In this document: positions 47,701-57,554 of the stretch, piece by piece | Layout of the letters: the number at the start of each line of letters is the position of its first letter | Position numbering within the stretch: the first letter of the stretch is position 1 | DNA from: an uncultured Prevotella sp. | Lineage (GTDB): Bacteria > Bacteroidota > Bacteroidia > Bacteroidales > Bacteroidaceae | Reading direction: 5' to 3' | Assembly: GCA_900550365.1 (NCBI GenBank) | Contig: URRR01000005.1 | Span: 40,319-104,318, forward strand | DNA: 64,000 nt | Program-made: the position numbers and the translations under genes | Notes under the pieces: generated by a model | What the model was told of the DNA's origin: nothing | Database searches by the model: none | The model's input: the letters and a program-made list of their open reading frames with translations, nothing else

Positions 47701-50700
47701 GCAGCCCAGCCTCCTTCATTGTTATACTCCTTCAGTCTCAGCTCGTTGACCCAGACCTCACCCGACTTGATTTCACCCGAAAGGTTGCGCACACCTATCA
47801 TGATAGTCTTCACTTCGCCCAACGTCGGATTGCCCACAATGGTTACCTTGTTGTTCGGGTGGTCTTCATCGTAGGCGGTATATGGATTGGCAAACGACGC
47901 AACACCCTGTGACTTGGCCGTGTTGCGGGCCTTCTTTATATTGGTAAACACACTCAGGGGTATGTCAAGCATGTTCTCCTCAGGCCATACCATACGTGCT
48001 TCCTCCACCGAATAGCGGCCGTAATGACCGGCAGGAGTGAGCTTCAGAGGTATCTCATACTCATAATAATTGTTGCGGTAGTCGCTTCCAAGACGAACGA
48101 AAACAGCCAGCTGATTGTCTGAGAGGTTGGTCGTGTTCTGCTCGAAGGCGTTCGCATGCACAAACATCTGCAGACGTTTGTACTGGCGGACGTCAATGGT
48201 GGTGTTCTTGTAGACAGCCTTTGCCTCGTTGGTAGAGAAGTTGTTGACGGTAAAACTCAGTGCCTGCTCGTTCTCCTCAGCCAGCTGCGGCTGTGTGGGG
48301 TCTTGCTCACGGGTGATACCAGGCGGCAGAATGTAGTTCACCGGGCTCTTGTCGTTGTTCTCTTCGATGTTCACCGCGCTTACAGACATGCTTCCGCTCT
48401 CGTGTGAGTCGTTGCTTAACGGCTGCTCATACATGCGCCATTCACCGCGAACAAGGTCTAAAGTGGCGAAACGGAGAACGATAGGCTTGGTGAAATCGGT
48501 AAGGAACATACGCATGAAGCGTATCGAAGAGAAGTCGTTTATCGAGCCGACCTTCTCCTCGAAATCGTCAAGCGGTATGCGGAACTGGTACCACGTGGCA
48601 TGGCCCGGCTCTCCGTTACGGAGCGTCGGGGAAGTCTCACGCTTGTCAACGATGAAGTTACGGCCCACGACAAAGTCTTCGGGGCGCATGCTTATGCGGT
48701 ACTGGAAGTAGTTTTCGTACTCGTTGAGGGTGTAATCCTGGTTTATATCCTCAACATCGGGGGTCGACTTATACGATGTGTCATAGCTTTCGGTACGGCT
48801 GTTACTGTCCGGCGAGTTGCCCTGAGGGTTATTGATGCGCTTGTATCGGCGCAGAATCGGGGCTTCGATACGGTCGAAGTCTGAGCCGCGGAAGTAGTGA
48901 TAGTCGTCATTTGCAGGGTCGGCCATGATTGAGTCGAACTGCGCCTGTGACACTTTTCCTTGTATGGAGGTGAGAAATTCCTGGTAAGAACTGAACTCAC
49001 GTTCCTCTTCATCCGTCAGTCCGTTGTATCCGACGTCCTGCAACTCACGCGAACCGTCAGTCGTGGCGAAGGCATACGTCACGGTAGCCTGCGTCGGAAT
49101 CTTACCCCACTGGGTAGTAGTGAAACTGTTAGAACCGTCAACCGGCATGCCGCTTTCATAAAACTTGCGGCCGTCACGAAGCACATCCTCGCTCACTTCG
49201 CCAAGATTTATGTACAGGTCGCCGCCATATTGATTAGCGTCAGGCTGCTCATTGGAATAAATGAAGGGGTCAAGCAGCCAGAACTCAATATACTCTATGT
49301 TGGCCGTCTCAAAGTCGCTGGTATCGAGCTTGCGCATCATGCCGCCCCAATGCTGCTCCGGATTCTGCAGCGTTCCGTCATAATTGAGGTTCGGATTGAA
49401 GTTATACGGACCGCGTTCATCAGGATAATAAGCAAGGTTCAATATCGGAATGGTGGATATTGAGCCACTGTAAGAGTTCTCACTACGGTTCGGAAACAGC
49501 TCACGCACGTACACTTCACGCACATAATAATTACTTAACTGGTCGAGATCGCTCTTTATGTGGGCCGGCGTCAGTGACGAACTGCGACGTGTAAAAAGCG
49601 GGTCAATGGTGTACCAGGCCAGCAGCGCACGGTTATATCCGCTCCTGAGAGTGGTTTTGTCGCTGTGTTCGGGAAACATGGAAGGCACGCTTGAGAGTAT
49701 CCACGATGTCGGAGTAGACACGTCAATTGCATTCTTGGTGTTCTCAAAGTCGTCAATGTACGACGCGTTATCCTGCACACCGCTGGCCTGTCCGGCAATA
49801 AGCTGGGCAAACTCTCCCGTAAATGAAATCTGCGAAGGCTGCGTACAATGCAGGAACGGCAGCTTGTCAAGCATGTTGGTGAGCCACTGGCTCTCGTGTT
49901 TCCAGTTAATATTAAGTCCCCAAAGGGTGTTGTTCAACGGCTCCGAGCCCATTGACACCTTTGTTGTCAGTGCCTGTTCAGAGAGATGCTGGATAGTTCC
50001 GCTTAGCTGGAAGTTCTTCGAGAAATCGTATTGCCAGTTCAATCCGAGGAATGTCTTACGTTCCTGGGCGTAGTCAGTGTTGCTCTCCAGCGAGACGTTG
50101 ACCGTAGTTCCGGCGTCAATGATGCTCTGGTTGAGGATCGTAACCTCACCGGCCGAGTAATCAACGGTATAATCTGAGCCTTCAGTAAGCGTTACTCCTC
50201 CGGCTGTAACAACCACCGAACCTTGCGGAACGTTGTATGCTCCGAGCGAGATGACATTTGCCAGCGTGCCGCGGAACTGTCCGCTGATCTGATATTTGTT
50301 CTTTTCGGCAATCTGCTTTGCCACCGTTTTGGTTGAATCATACAGTTCGGTGTAGCTGTACTGGCGGGCAACATCGGGCGATACACCACGACTTGTAAGC
50401 GCGGTGTACATGTAATCACCGAAGGGTTCAGCCTTCGGGAAGAACACGCGGCCGTTACTTACCGTGTATCCGTCAACGTAATCAAAGTAACCGTTGCTGT
50501 TCGCCTTGTTGTTATTGTCCAGACGGTCAGCCCCGAGCAGGCGGATTATCGACAGTTCCTTCACCTGCTGCTCCGGTATATAAGAAAGGTAGACGCCCGT
50601 TGTGTCGCTCTGATACTTCACGTCAAGACGGAACTTGTCTTTCTCAACAGACGAGGCAAGGTAATATACGTTCTTCATCATCAGGTCCCAGTTGCCCTGC

Positions 50701-52304
50701 TGCGGGTTGTTACTGGTGTTCTTGAGTGACTTTACGAACAAAGCCTGATTGACGTCCTGTATGTCTGAGGCAAACTCTCCTACCTGGTAAGTAACCCCGC
50801 CGTATGTATATTCATAGGCAACGGCAATCACCTGGTCGGTCTGAAGTGATGTCCTGAGCGACACGTAACCAAGAGCCGTGTTCACGGTGTACTCCGAACT
50901 GTTGAGCAGACGTGCGCTTTCGAGTTTCTCATAGTCCACACCACCAACAAATCCGGGTATCGCGTCAAGTACAGAACTTGTCTGGTTGATGTCTCTCGCG
51001 GCCGCATAGCTGTTCACCATGGTGCTGTACTCGCTGTTGGCGGCGTTTGCCGGCACAGGCTGTCCGGTCACTCCCCACATCGGATTGCTTACAACCTGAT
51101 TCTCACCAAGGTCAGTCAGAGCTACGATGTTACGCGAGTTAGTAGTTGTTCCGGTCTTATTTGTCACCCAAATCTCCACCCTGTTGATTGTTATTCCGGT
51201 CGTAAGATTTGGCAGACGAGACATGGCGTCGTCATATTTGTCACGGAAATAACGTGAAAGAAAGAAGTGACGGTTTTCCTCATAGTCAGTAACGTCAAAC
51301 TCAAAGGGCGTTACCTGCGTTCCGCCTTTTGACGAAACGCTTTTTGACGAAGACTTTTTCTGCGACACTACGGTCTGCAGCGACAGTTTACCGAACTGCA
51401 GATCGGTGCGTATTCCGAACAGAGAAGAAGCTCCGCTTACCAACGACGAGTTGCTCGGAAACGACACATTACCACCCTCAACGAGCTTGATTATCTCATC
51501 TTCCTTACCCTCATATTTCAGTTTAAGGTTCTGAGAGTCAAAGTCAAAGGTCGCGTCGGTGTTGTAATTAAGGTTCATGTTCACCTTGTCTCCTACCTTT
51601 CCGTTGACGCTAAGATTGATTTTCTCGTCAAAATCCATGGTAGTCGTCTTCCTGTTACGTATCGGCAGCGACGGATTGTCGATGTTTTTCAGCGTAGCTC
51701 CGAACTTCAGCTCGGCCGTTCCCTGTGTTCTTATGCGCACGCCGCCGGGTCCGAATATCTTCTCGGCCGGTCCGAGGTCGAAGTGCATGTCGGCAAACGA
51801 GAACTTATCCTTACCTTTTTCTTTTATCAGTGTATCGTTCTTCTCACGGAAGAAGCGGTCAAACTCACGCTGTTCGCTCCACTTGCGGTATTCTTCGGGC
51901 GTCATAGCGATTGGCGTTGACAAATAGCTGTCGCCCATTTTCGAGCCTATGTAATAACGGTTGAGCGAATCAACATAAACAACCTCCTGCTTTATGTTGT
52001 CAGGCAGAGACAGGTCAGCCGGATAAGTGTCAAGGTCAGCCTCTGTAACCGGCGTTGTACGCTGTATTTTCCAACGCGGATACAGCAACGAGTCAGGAAT
52101 GGTATCCTCCTCAACGATGATACGTGAAAGTGCCGATGCGGCCTGCCGGGCTGTATCCCCCACCCCGGCGGCTGACGGCGCGGCGCCGTTACGGGCTGCG
52201 CGCCGTGTCTTGTCATCCTGCCGATAGGGCATGTCAAAGGCAAAACCGACCGTGCTTACGGCCAGCAAGACGAACAAGACAGTGTATATCGACTTACGAA
52301 TCAT
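44715..52304 (-). CDS. sprA: type IX secretion system outer-membrane translocon SprA/Sov
   Basis: 2529 aa with signal peptide. IFGPGGV, YEGKEDEII, YEENRHFFL, W.LMMKNVY, DFETANIEYIEFWLLDPF and GEVWVNELRL. Downstream of ruvA. Confidence 0.95.
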   Translation of the reverse strand: MIRKSIYTVLFVLLAVSTVGFAFDMPYRQDDKTRRAARNGAAPSAAGVGDTARQAASALSRIIVEEDTIPDSLLYPRWKIQRTTPVTEADLDTYPADLSLPDNIKQEVVYVDSLNRYYIGSKMGDSYLSTPIAMTPEEYRKWSEQREFDRFFREKNDTLIKEKGKDKFSFADMHFDLGPAEKIFGPGGVRIRTQGTAELKFGATLKNIDNPSLPIRNRKTTTMDFDEKINLSVNGKVGDKVNMNLNYNTDATFDFDSQNLKLKYEGKEDEIIKLVEGGNVSFPSNSSLVSGASSLFGIRTDLQFGKLSLQTVVSQKKSSSKSVSSKGGTQVTPFEFDVTDYEENRHFFLSRYFRDKYDDAMSRLPNLTTGITINRVEIWVTNKTGTTTNSRNIVALTDLGENQVVSNPMWGVTGQPVPANAANSEYSTMVNSYAAARDINQTSSVLDAIPGFVGGVDYEKLESARLLNSSEYTVNTALGYVSLRTSLQTDQVIAVAYEYTYGGVTYQVGEFASDIQDVNQALFVKSLKNTSNNPQQGNWDLMMKNVYYLASSVEKDKFRLDVKYQSDTTGVYLSYIPEQQVKELSIIRLLGADRLDNNNKANSNGYFDYVDGYTVSNGRVFFPKAEPFGDYMYTALTSRGVSPDVARQYSYTELYDSTKTVAKQIAEKNKYQISGQFRGTLANVISLGAYNVPQGSVVVTAGGVTLTEGSDYTVDYSAGEVTILNQSIIDAGTTVNVSLESNTDYAQERKTFLGLNWQYDFSKNFQLSGTIQHLSEQALTTKVSMGSEPLNNTLWGLNINWKHESQWLTNMLDKLPFLHCTQPSQISFTGEFAQLIAGQASGVQDNASYIDDFENTKNAIDVSTPTSWILSSVPSMFPEHSDKTTLRSGYNRALLAWYTIDPLFTRRSSSLTPAHIKSDLDQLSNYYVREVYVRELFPNRSENSYSGSISTIPILNLAYYPDERGPYNFNPNLNYDGTLQNPEQHWGGMMRKLDTSDFETANIEYIEFWLLDPFIYSNEQPDANQYGGDLYINLGEVSEDVLRDGRKFYESGMPVDGSNSFTTTQWGKIPTQATVTYAFATTDGSRELQDVGYNGLTDEEEREFSSYQEFLTSIQGKVSQAQFDSIMADPANDDYHYFRGSDFDRIEAPILRRYKRINNPQGNSPDSNSRTESYDTSYKSTPDVEDINQDYTLNEYENYFQYRISMRPEDFVVGRNFIVDKRETSPTLRNGEPGHATWYQFRIPLDDFEEKVGSINDFSSIRFMRMFLTDFTKPIVLRFATLDLVRGEWRMYEQPLSNDSHESGSMSVSAVNIEENNDKSPVNYILPPGITREQDPTQPQLAEENEQALSFTVNNFSTNEAKAVYKNTTIDVRQYKRLQMFVHANAFEQNTTNLSDNQLAVFVRLGSDYRNNYYEYEIPLKLTPAGHYGRYSVEEARMVWPEENMLDIPLSVFTNIKKARNTAKSQGVASFANPYTAYDEDHPNNKVTIVGNPTLGEVKTIMIGVRNLSGEIKSGEVWVNELRLKEYNNEGGWAAQGTLNVQLSDIGTLNASGKIVTNGFGGIEDGVAERSQDDYKTYSFTANLELGRFFPEKAKVSAPLYYSITKEETRPKYNPLDTDLLLDESLDAISDPHERDSIERIAVTKTTNTNFSLSNVRVGIQTKRHPMPYDPANFSFSYSHSHRYATGQTTVYEREDNWRGALNYSYTPVYKPFEPFKKLIKSKSKWFDILKRFGLNWLPQNITFDTEMTRNYYELQERDMESTEGNMLPLTFSEQFLWNRAFSIRWDLTKNLHMNFSSATNAEIEEPYTPVNKDLYPDRYSAWKDSVWTSIKEFGRPLDYNQTFTASYQLPLNLIPIFDWVNADGNYNATYNWTRGTELEDGTSLGNSITMNRMYNINGSFNLEKLYNHVPFLKKANDRFNKTTRSSRLSSSRRRTSRKTNTAAKDGKGDKDSEKEAKTLPKNKRSFEKEIVLMPDTSLIVSHGKNSRRLMVNARTRDGRKFNIKYKRLDNNRIKITSKVDTATTLKLTVTPKAPLEETTWYKTAQCIARGLMLVRNVSFSYRNQYSMYLPGFMPEVGDIFGQRGGDIMSPGLGFAFGFEGDDYINKAADRGWLLMNDSIATPATTSLTEDFQLRMTLEPIKNLKIDLNASRTETKSKSIQYMYSGMPTTQSGTLTMTTISLGSAFESMGDATNGYHSATFEKFCRSLDGFRDRVEAQYAGAVYPAGTALAGQPFDPANGSVSKYSADVMIPAFLSAYTSMGGNSLSIFPTLARLLPNWTVRYSGLVQLPWFRDVFKSFNINHAYKSIYAVGSYNTYSTFMEYMNGLGFINDATTGNPVPGSMYNVSTVSINEAFSPLLGIDMTFNNNLTCKLEYRTTRVLSLSMTSIQINEATSRDWVVGLGYKINNFKLFGGRNRRRVRSSGNKDNNDNSRTSSTRSSGFNTDLNLRLDLSYRKQASICRDIASMTSSASSGNTAFKLSFSADYTLSRLLTMSFYYDMQTNTPLLSSSSYPTTTQDFGLSLKFSLTR

Positions 52305-52370
52305 CCTTATTTTATCACTCAGGAGTTAAGCGATAAGAAAGCTAACTCCTAAAAACAAGCTCCTTTATTT

Positions 52371-52976
52371 TTACTTTATCTGCTTCAGCGCCAGCTTAAC
52401 CACCTGCTCGACGGGCAGGCCCGGCTGTTCTTTCAATATAGCCACCACAACCTTTGCCGACGGAGCCGGAGCAAAGCCGAGCATCGTAAGAGCGCCTACA
52501 GCCTCGTCCTTAACCTCCTTGTCCACCTGAACCGTGGCCGGTCCGGCCTGTTCGGGCAGTTCTTCAGCAATGCCGAGAGCGGCTATCTTGTCGCGCAGGT
52601 CTACAATGATGCGCTGTGCCGTGCGCAGACCTATACCCTTCACGGTTTTCAATATCTTCTCATTTCCCGACGATATAACTCCGCAAAGCTCGGCGGGCGT
52701 CATTTCAGACAGTATCATACGCGCCGTGTTGGCTCCCACTCCTGACACAGTAATGAGCAGAAGGAACATCTCACGTTCCTGCCTTGAGGCAAAGCCGAAC
52801 AGCGAGTATGCATCTTCACGGATACTTTCAAAAACATACAGCTTGACATCTTTCTTGCCCTGTATGGCCGTAAACGTATTAAGCGTGATGCTTAATCCAT
52901 AACCTACGCCGGCAGTCTCAACTACGGCATAGGCCGGTGAAAGCTCTGCCAGTTCACCTTTTACATATTCAATCAT
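52371..52976 (-). CDS. ruvA: Holliday junction branch migration protein RuvA
   Basis: [21 protein letters not shown], HhH motifs VSGVG and [16 protein letters not shown]. Confidence 0.97.
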   Translation of the reverse strand: MIEYVKGELAELSPAYAVVETAGVGYGLSITLNTFTAIQGKKDVKLYVFESIREDAYSLFGFASRQEREMFLLLITVSGVGANTARMILSEMTPAELCGVISSGNEKILKTVKGIGLRTAQRIIVDLRDKIAALGIAEELPEQAGPATVQVDKEVKDEAVGALTMLGFAPAPSAKVVVAILKEQPGLPVEQVVKLALKQIK

Positions 52977-53040
52977 TATCGGGAAAATTACTATTACACC
53001 TTAATAAAAACGCAACATACATCTTTTTATTGTATAAATA

Positions 53041-53133
53041 AGTGAAAAGGGAAAAGTGAAAAGGGAAGAATCCAAGTGCTTAGTTGCATTAAAGACATTT
53101 GGATTCTTCCCTTTTCACTTTTCCCTTTTCACT
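53041..53133. repeat. heptamer-repeat hairpin, perfect 35-bp arms
   Basis: agtgaaaagggaaaagtgaaaagggaagaatccaa / ttggattcttcccttttcacttttcccttttcact. Confidence 0.93.
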
Positions 53134-53143
53134 CAACCTGTCT

Positions 53144-54559
53144 TTACCAGGTAATGCTCATACCGATGTTCAGGCTGGCATTTGAGCTGAGCGGAATGCA
53201 TTCCTTGCTCGTCTTGCCGAGCAGATGGTCCATACCGATGAACAGGTTATAGCCTTTGGGGTGAATGTTGAGCACCCAGCCCATGCTTGTAGTGAAGCTG
53301 TTCACAGCCAGGTTGATGCCTCCGTCGAGCCATTTCAGCGGAGTCCAGTTGGCGCTCAGGCGGCCTTCAGTCCATGTATAGGCGCCCTTGATGCGGGTAC
53401 TGCTGAGCAGTCCGAAGGTCAGCTTGCGGTAAACCGGCAGGTTATATTCAGCACCGAAGTTAAGCGTTGCGCCTATTCCGGTAGTGCGTCCGCCCTGGTC
53501 GCCGTTGTCTCTCAGGTTGATGAAGTCTGTTATCTGGTCACCGTAACTGTCGGTCTGGTCGTCAAATGACACGCCGTCGCCGTCATTGACAGAGATGTCA
53601 TGGAAACCATCAAACTCAAACTTGTCTGAGCGGTTGACAGCCTGTGCGTTCTCGCTCCAGCTGATAAAGCCGAGGTCAAGCACGGCGGCGCTCACACGCC
53701 AGTCTTCGTTTATCTGATAAACGGCGCCGAGGTCTACGGCCATACCGAAGCCGCCGAGGCCGAATCCGTCAACGTCGATGTCATTGACTTTCTCATATTC
53801 GCCCTTATTCGGGTCATTATACTCATCTTTCTCTGAAACGTATGAGAAGCCCTTGAGCGACACGTCAGCCGTTGCCTTTCCTGATACTGTCCACTTGTCG
53901 TTGGCCGCAAGGTCAGCTTTTACGTCCTGGAGCTTCAGGTCAGCGCGGCCCAGTCCGAAGAGGAACTTCAGCTTGGCACCCACACGCAGCTTGTCGTTAA
54001 TCTGGCGAGAGTGGCCGAAAGCCAGCTCGGCAAACGACATGGCGTGGGCGTTGACGTCACCTATGTCATAAGTCTTGTTGCCCGTGTTCTTGGCAAACTC
54101 AAACAGTTCGTAAGGCAGCGATACGCCGAACGATGTTCTTGAGTTAATCTCAATGGTGTTATATCCGCCGAAAGCCTTGAATCCGGCAGAGAGTATTGCA
54201 ATGCCTACATCGCCCGTAATGCGGTTGTTGCCCTTGCTGAAGCCGTCGAGAGCAGTGCCCGCCGAGATGTACGGGTTCATGAAGGTGGTCATCTTCTTGT
54301 CACTTGAGTTAGGATACATCGGGTTGTCAAGCACGACGTCCTGATATCCGAAGTTACCGTGAGTGGTGACGCTGATGTTACCGAGAGCCGGTATCGACAC
54401 ATAGTTCTGCTCGTTGCCGAACGCCGGGTTCATGTCATGGCGGAACTTGTAGTCGTCAGTAAAGTAGGCCGAGTTAAGTCCCTGGGCCATGGCTCCGCCT
54501 GCCGCAGCGAGCACGATAACGGCTGCCGCGAACCTTGAATATGCTTGTTTCATTGTCAT
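53144..54559 (-). CDS. DUF5723-like outer-membrane beta-barrel protein
   Basis: Signal peptide; SAYF..RHDMNPAF, G.AVDLGA.Y and DLGFISW; terminal Trp. Confidence 0.75.
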   Translation of the reverse strand: MTMKQAYSRFAAAVIVLAAAGGAMAQGLNSAYFTDDYKFRHDMNPAFGNEQNYVSIPALGNISVTTHGNFGYQDVVLDNPMYPNSSDKKMTTFMNPYISAGTALDGFSKGNNRITGDVGIAILSAGFKAFGGYNTIEINSRTSFGVSLPYELFEFAKNTGNKTYDIGDVNAHAMSFAELAFGHSRQINDKLRVGAKLKFLFGLGRADLKLQDVKADLAANDKWTVSGKATADVSLKGFSYVSEKDEYNDPNKGEYEKVNDIDVDGFGLGGFGMAVDLGAVYQINEDWRVSAAVLDLGFISWSENAQAVNRSDKFEFDGFHDISVNDGDGVSFDDQTDSYGDQITDFINLRDNGDQGGRTTGIGATLNFGAEYNLPVYRKLTFGLLSSTRIKGAYTWTEGRLSANWTPLKWLDGGINLAVNSFTTSMGWVLNIHPKGYNLFIGMDHLLGKTSKECIPLSSNASLNIGMSITW

Positions 54560-54574
54560 TCTTGAGTTTATGGA

Positions 54575-56335
54575 TTAGTTGAAATCACCTATTACTTTAC
54601 CTACGAGCTTCACGTTGATGTCGCGTGCCACGAGCGTATGCGTCTTGGCGTTGAGCGTCACTTTCGTCACGGGGTCATGGCCTTCCTCTGAGGCGCTGGC
54701 CTCTATCTTGAATGTAAGACCGTCAAGGCGGCTCAGGGCGTCGTCAGAGTGCTGGCGGATAATCACCTCGAGCGGTGTCTCTGAAGGAGTCTCGCCGTCA
54801 CCTGAAGCCAGAACCGTTGTGCTTACTTCCACCGTTATGTCACTCTCAGGCATGATGTTACCATCAGCGTCAATGGGGTTCACAGTCAGGTTAAGGAATG
54901 CGGGCACCCTGTTCTCTATCGTGGCAGTCATTGATATGTATGCGTCCTCGCTGAGGTTGAGGTCGTCTATGTCGTCATGCCAGCCGTCAAGAGTGTCCTT
55001 ATAAACTATGCATGCGTTCTCGTCGAACGTAATCGGAGCCTCAACACTATACACGGGCTTTATAGTATATTGTTTTCCGAACTCAAAGTTGCCCGGTGTC
55101 TCTGAGTCAGCCGTTGCCTCGGCGTCAAACTTGATGTTGTCAGGTATGGTCATGATAAGGTCTGACAGGTTTGAGATGCCTATCACCTGGGTGTACTGGC
55201 TCTTGTCTATGTCATTCTCTCTGCGGCAGATACATATCTTTGAAGTGCCGTTAGGATTAACCTCAATGCCTTCAACTCTTATTGATGCAGTCGCTGCTCC
55301 GTCCTTGTACGCAGTGATTACGCCGTTAATCGTACCGCCAATCTCCATGTCGTTGGATATGGTTATCAGTATCTGCGGGTTGTAGAGGTCTACCCTGACG
55401 TCGCCGTCGGTAAGGAAGTCGGGCACGCCCGTTATCTCAGTATTACCAAGGTCGTTGAGGTCAATCTGAGGATTAAACCTTCCGTAAGCGCTGTTTATAG
55501 TGATGTCAGGCATTTGCAGATTGCTGGTAATAGTACTTCCGTCAAGACCTGCGGTGCTTGCGCCTGCGTCAACCGTTGCCGACATGCTTACCTGGATATT
55601 GCCGGTCATGTCGATGCGGCTGCCATTGACAGCTATCGTACCGGTTGCGTTGTTGCCGCCGTTGAAGCTAAGGCCTGCAAGGTTAACGGTCACCGTAAGA
55701 TTGCGGCTGGTCGGAACGTTTGTGAACACGATTTCGTTACCGCTTACGGTGTGGGCCGCAGTAGTGCTGACTGAGCCAAGCTCCATGTAAGAAGGCAGCG
55801 TGACGGTCATGCGGCTGATGCTGCTTACCGCCCGTCTGAGAGCTCTTGGGAAATTAACAGTAAACGTCATCGAGCCGTTTACGCCTACACGCTCAAGCTC
55901 TATGACCTCCTCCGGCTTGCTGCCGCTGTAGCTGAACGATACCGCCTCGCCGTCTGCCGTAACCTGTACAGGCTGCCCCGGTGTGCCGGCAACGGCATGA
56001 ATGGTGATTGACATGGTCTGCGGTGTTCCATCCTTACTTACCGTTATCGGGGCAATATTCGGATGAACGGGGGCAACGGCATCACCTGTCTGCTCGAAAT
56101 AGTAGTCGCCGTTCTCTCTCACTTTGACGCACTCAGAACCGTCAAGCTCAAGAACGTCCTCTAACTTGATTTCCGCAGTAGAGCTTACCGGCAACGAAAG
56201 TCCGTCACCGCCGATGCCTACTGTCATGTCCACTTCGTTGAAGTCATAGTCGTTGTCAGTACAACTGTTCAACGCAAGCGCGCCCGCCAGTGCGAAACAT
56301 GGCAGGACAATTCTCCTAAATCGATTATAATTCAT
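54575..56335 (-). CDS. beta-rich surface lipoprotein (DUF4621-like)
   Basis: Lipobox LNSC followed by acidic TDNDYDF export-type signal; PDFL..LYNPQI motif. Confidence 0.7.
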   Translation of the reverse strand: MNYNRFRRIVLPCFALAGALALNSCTDNDYDFNEVDMTVGIGGDGLSLPVSSTAEIKLEDVLELDGSECVKVRENGDYYFEQTGDAVAPVHPNIAPITVSKDGTPQTMSITIHAVAGTPGQPVQVTADGEAVSFSYSGSKPEEVIELERVGVNGSMTFTVNFPRALRRAVSSISRMTVTLPSYMELGSVSTTAAHTVSGNEIVFTNVPTSRNLTVTVNLAGLSFNGGNNATGTIAVNGSRIDMTGNIQVSMSATVDAGASTAGLDGSTITSNLQMPDITINSAYGRFNPQIDLNDLGNTEITGVPDFLTDGDVRVDLYNPQILITISNDMEIGGTINGVITAYKDGAATASIRVEGIEVNPNGTSKICICRRENDIDKSQYTQVIGISNLSDLIMTIPDNIKFDAEATADSETPGNFEFGKQYTIKPVYSVEAPITFDENACIVYKDTLDGWHDDIDDLNLSEDAYISMTATIENRVPAFLNLTVNPIDADGNIMPESDITVEVSTTVLASGDGETPSETPLEVIIRQHSDDALSRLDGLTFKIEASASEEGHDPVTKVTLNAKTHTLVARDINVKLVGKVIGDFN

Positions 56336-56624
56336 CTTGATTTAATATATGAATAATGTATGTTTTAACATGTTGAAGTCTGCTGACGCAGAGCCGAATA
56401 TAATTAAATTACAGCCACATTGATATTATCCTGATACTTCTCTCATTTAACTTGATTTTGCAAATGTATATCAATTTTTCGTTATTTGCGGTCCGCAATA
56501 CGCTAACTTTTGTTAAAAATGCCATAATGTAACAAAAGAGTAGACACCATTAAGGATTCTGTTGCATATTGACGCCACGCATCACGGTTGTCAGCGCAAA
56601 TGTATCCGCCGATACGGTTAACTG

Positions 56625-56663
56625 AAAAAGCCTTCTGTCATGCATGGCAGTGACAGAAGGCCT
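56625..56663 (-). terminator. intrinsic terminator on the minus strand
   Basis: gccttctgtca...tgacagaaggc stem followed on the minus strand by ttttt. Confidence 0.75.
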
Positions 56664-56787
56664 TACGCTGTGTAAAAGCCACAAGGCTGGTTAACCTCAG
56701 CGTGATATCTGGATTATGTTGGTTATCGCTTTCGCACCTTGTAAACTGACGGCTGCCCCTCAGCCGCCAAGTACTTAAGGTGTACAT
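56661..56787 (-). ncRNA. ssrS: probable 6S-like RNA (Bacteroidales type)
   Basis: Own TATTTTTG element (56796-56803) and terminator. Nested pairings cctta/taagg, acaagg/ccttgt and taacc/ggtta plus a side hairpin ggcggctg/cagccgtc. Motifs GTACTTGGCGG, CCGTCAGTTTACAAGG, GCGATAACCA and GTTAACCA are recalled from Bacteroidales 6S-like RNA, not verified by search. Confidence 0.6.
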
Positions 56788-57126
56788 GTTTTTTGCAAAA
56801 ATATAAATTTGTTTCAAATTACCCCCCCCCGATTAGTTAATTAGGGTTAATTTATCCGTTGCTTTACAAAACGGTTTGAATTTGTAAAAATTTGTACATG
56901 ATTTTAATGTAATTTGAAGCGTTCGGCAACACCCAATCAACATATGTTTTGCAACATGCAGCTGTCAAATGAAGTATAATCGTCAGCTTGCCACTTTACG
57001 TTTATTAACAATATGAGTACTACCGATTAACACTTGCCGACGGAACAAAATAGAATGAAGATGTTAACATAATTAACATAAAGCATGGCTCGCGGCAGAT
57101 AAACATGCCCGCAACCGCCGGAGCTG

Positions 57127-57222
57127 ATGCCGTTGACGGTCTTTCGCGATGCCGTTGACGGCCTTTTGGCCTTTGATTAACGGCCTTTCGCAGGCCGTTT
57201 TGCCGTCAACGGCAAGGCCTTT
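57127..57222. repeat. variant REP-like cluster (GCCGTTGACGG form)
   Basis: gatgccgttgacggtctttc / gatgccgttgacggcctttt / ttaacggcctttc / gccgtcaacggc. Confidence 0.7.
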
Positions 57223-57554
57223 CACTGCCTCTAAAAAAGCTCACCGAACGTAACGGTCTGTCAGCCAGCGGTTTACTGAAGTCTTATTTTTCGCGTATTT
57301 CCGCCCGACTGACAGTTTTTCTGAAAACAAAGCGTTCTCCGGCGTCAGCCGTTAACACTTTAATCATTTTCCATGTTAATAACAGTGAAAAGATTTCTTA
57401 CGGTTTCTTCTTCTGCCGTCCGCCTGCCTGACAGTGTGCGTTTCAGCCATAACCTGCAGCCTTACTTTGCCGTCAGCAGCGCAGGCAATCTTTGTTTCAT
57501 TGATTACGCGGCGCCTCGAAAATGAAAACAGAAGGCGGTTTTTCGGCCTTTTGT

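Noticed and set aside
56638..56787. 49-codon minus-strand ORF (MYTLSTWRLRG...) over the putative 6S RNA
   Set aside because: It runs into the terminator stem, has almost no leader and no protein-like features; the RNA structure explains the sequence better.
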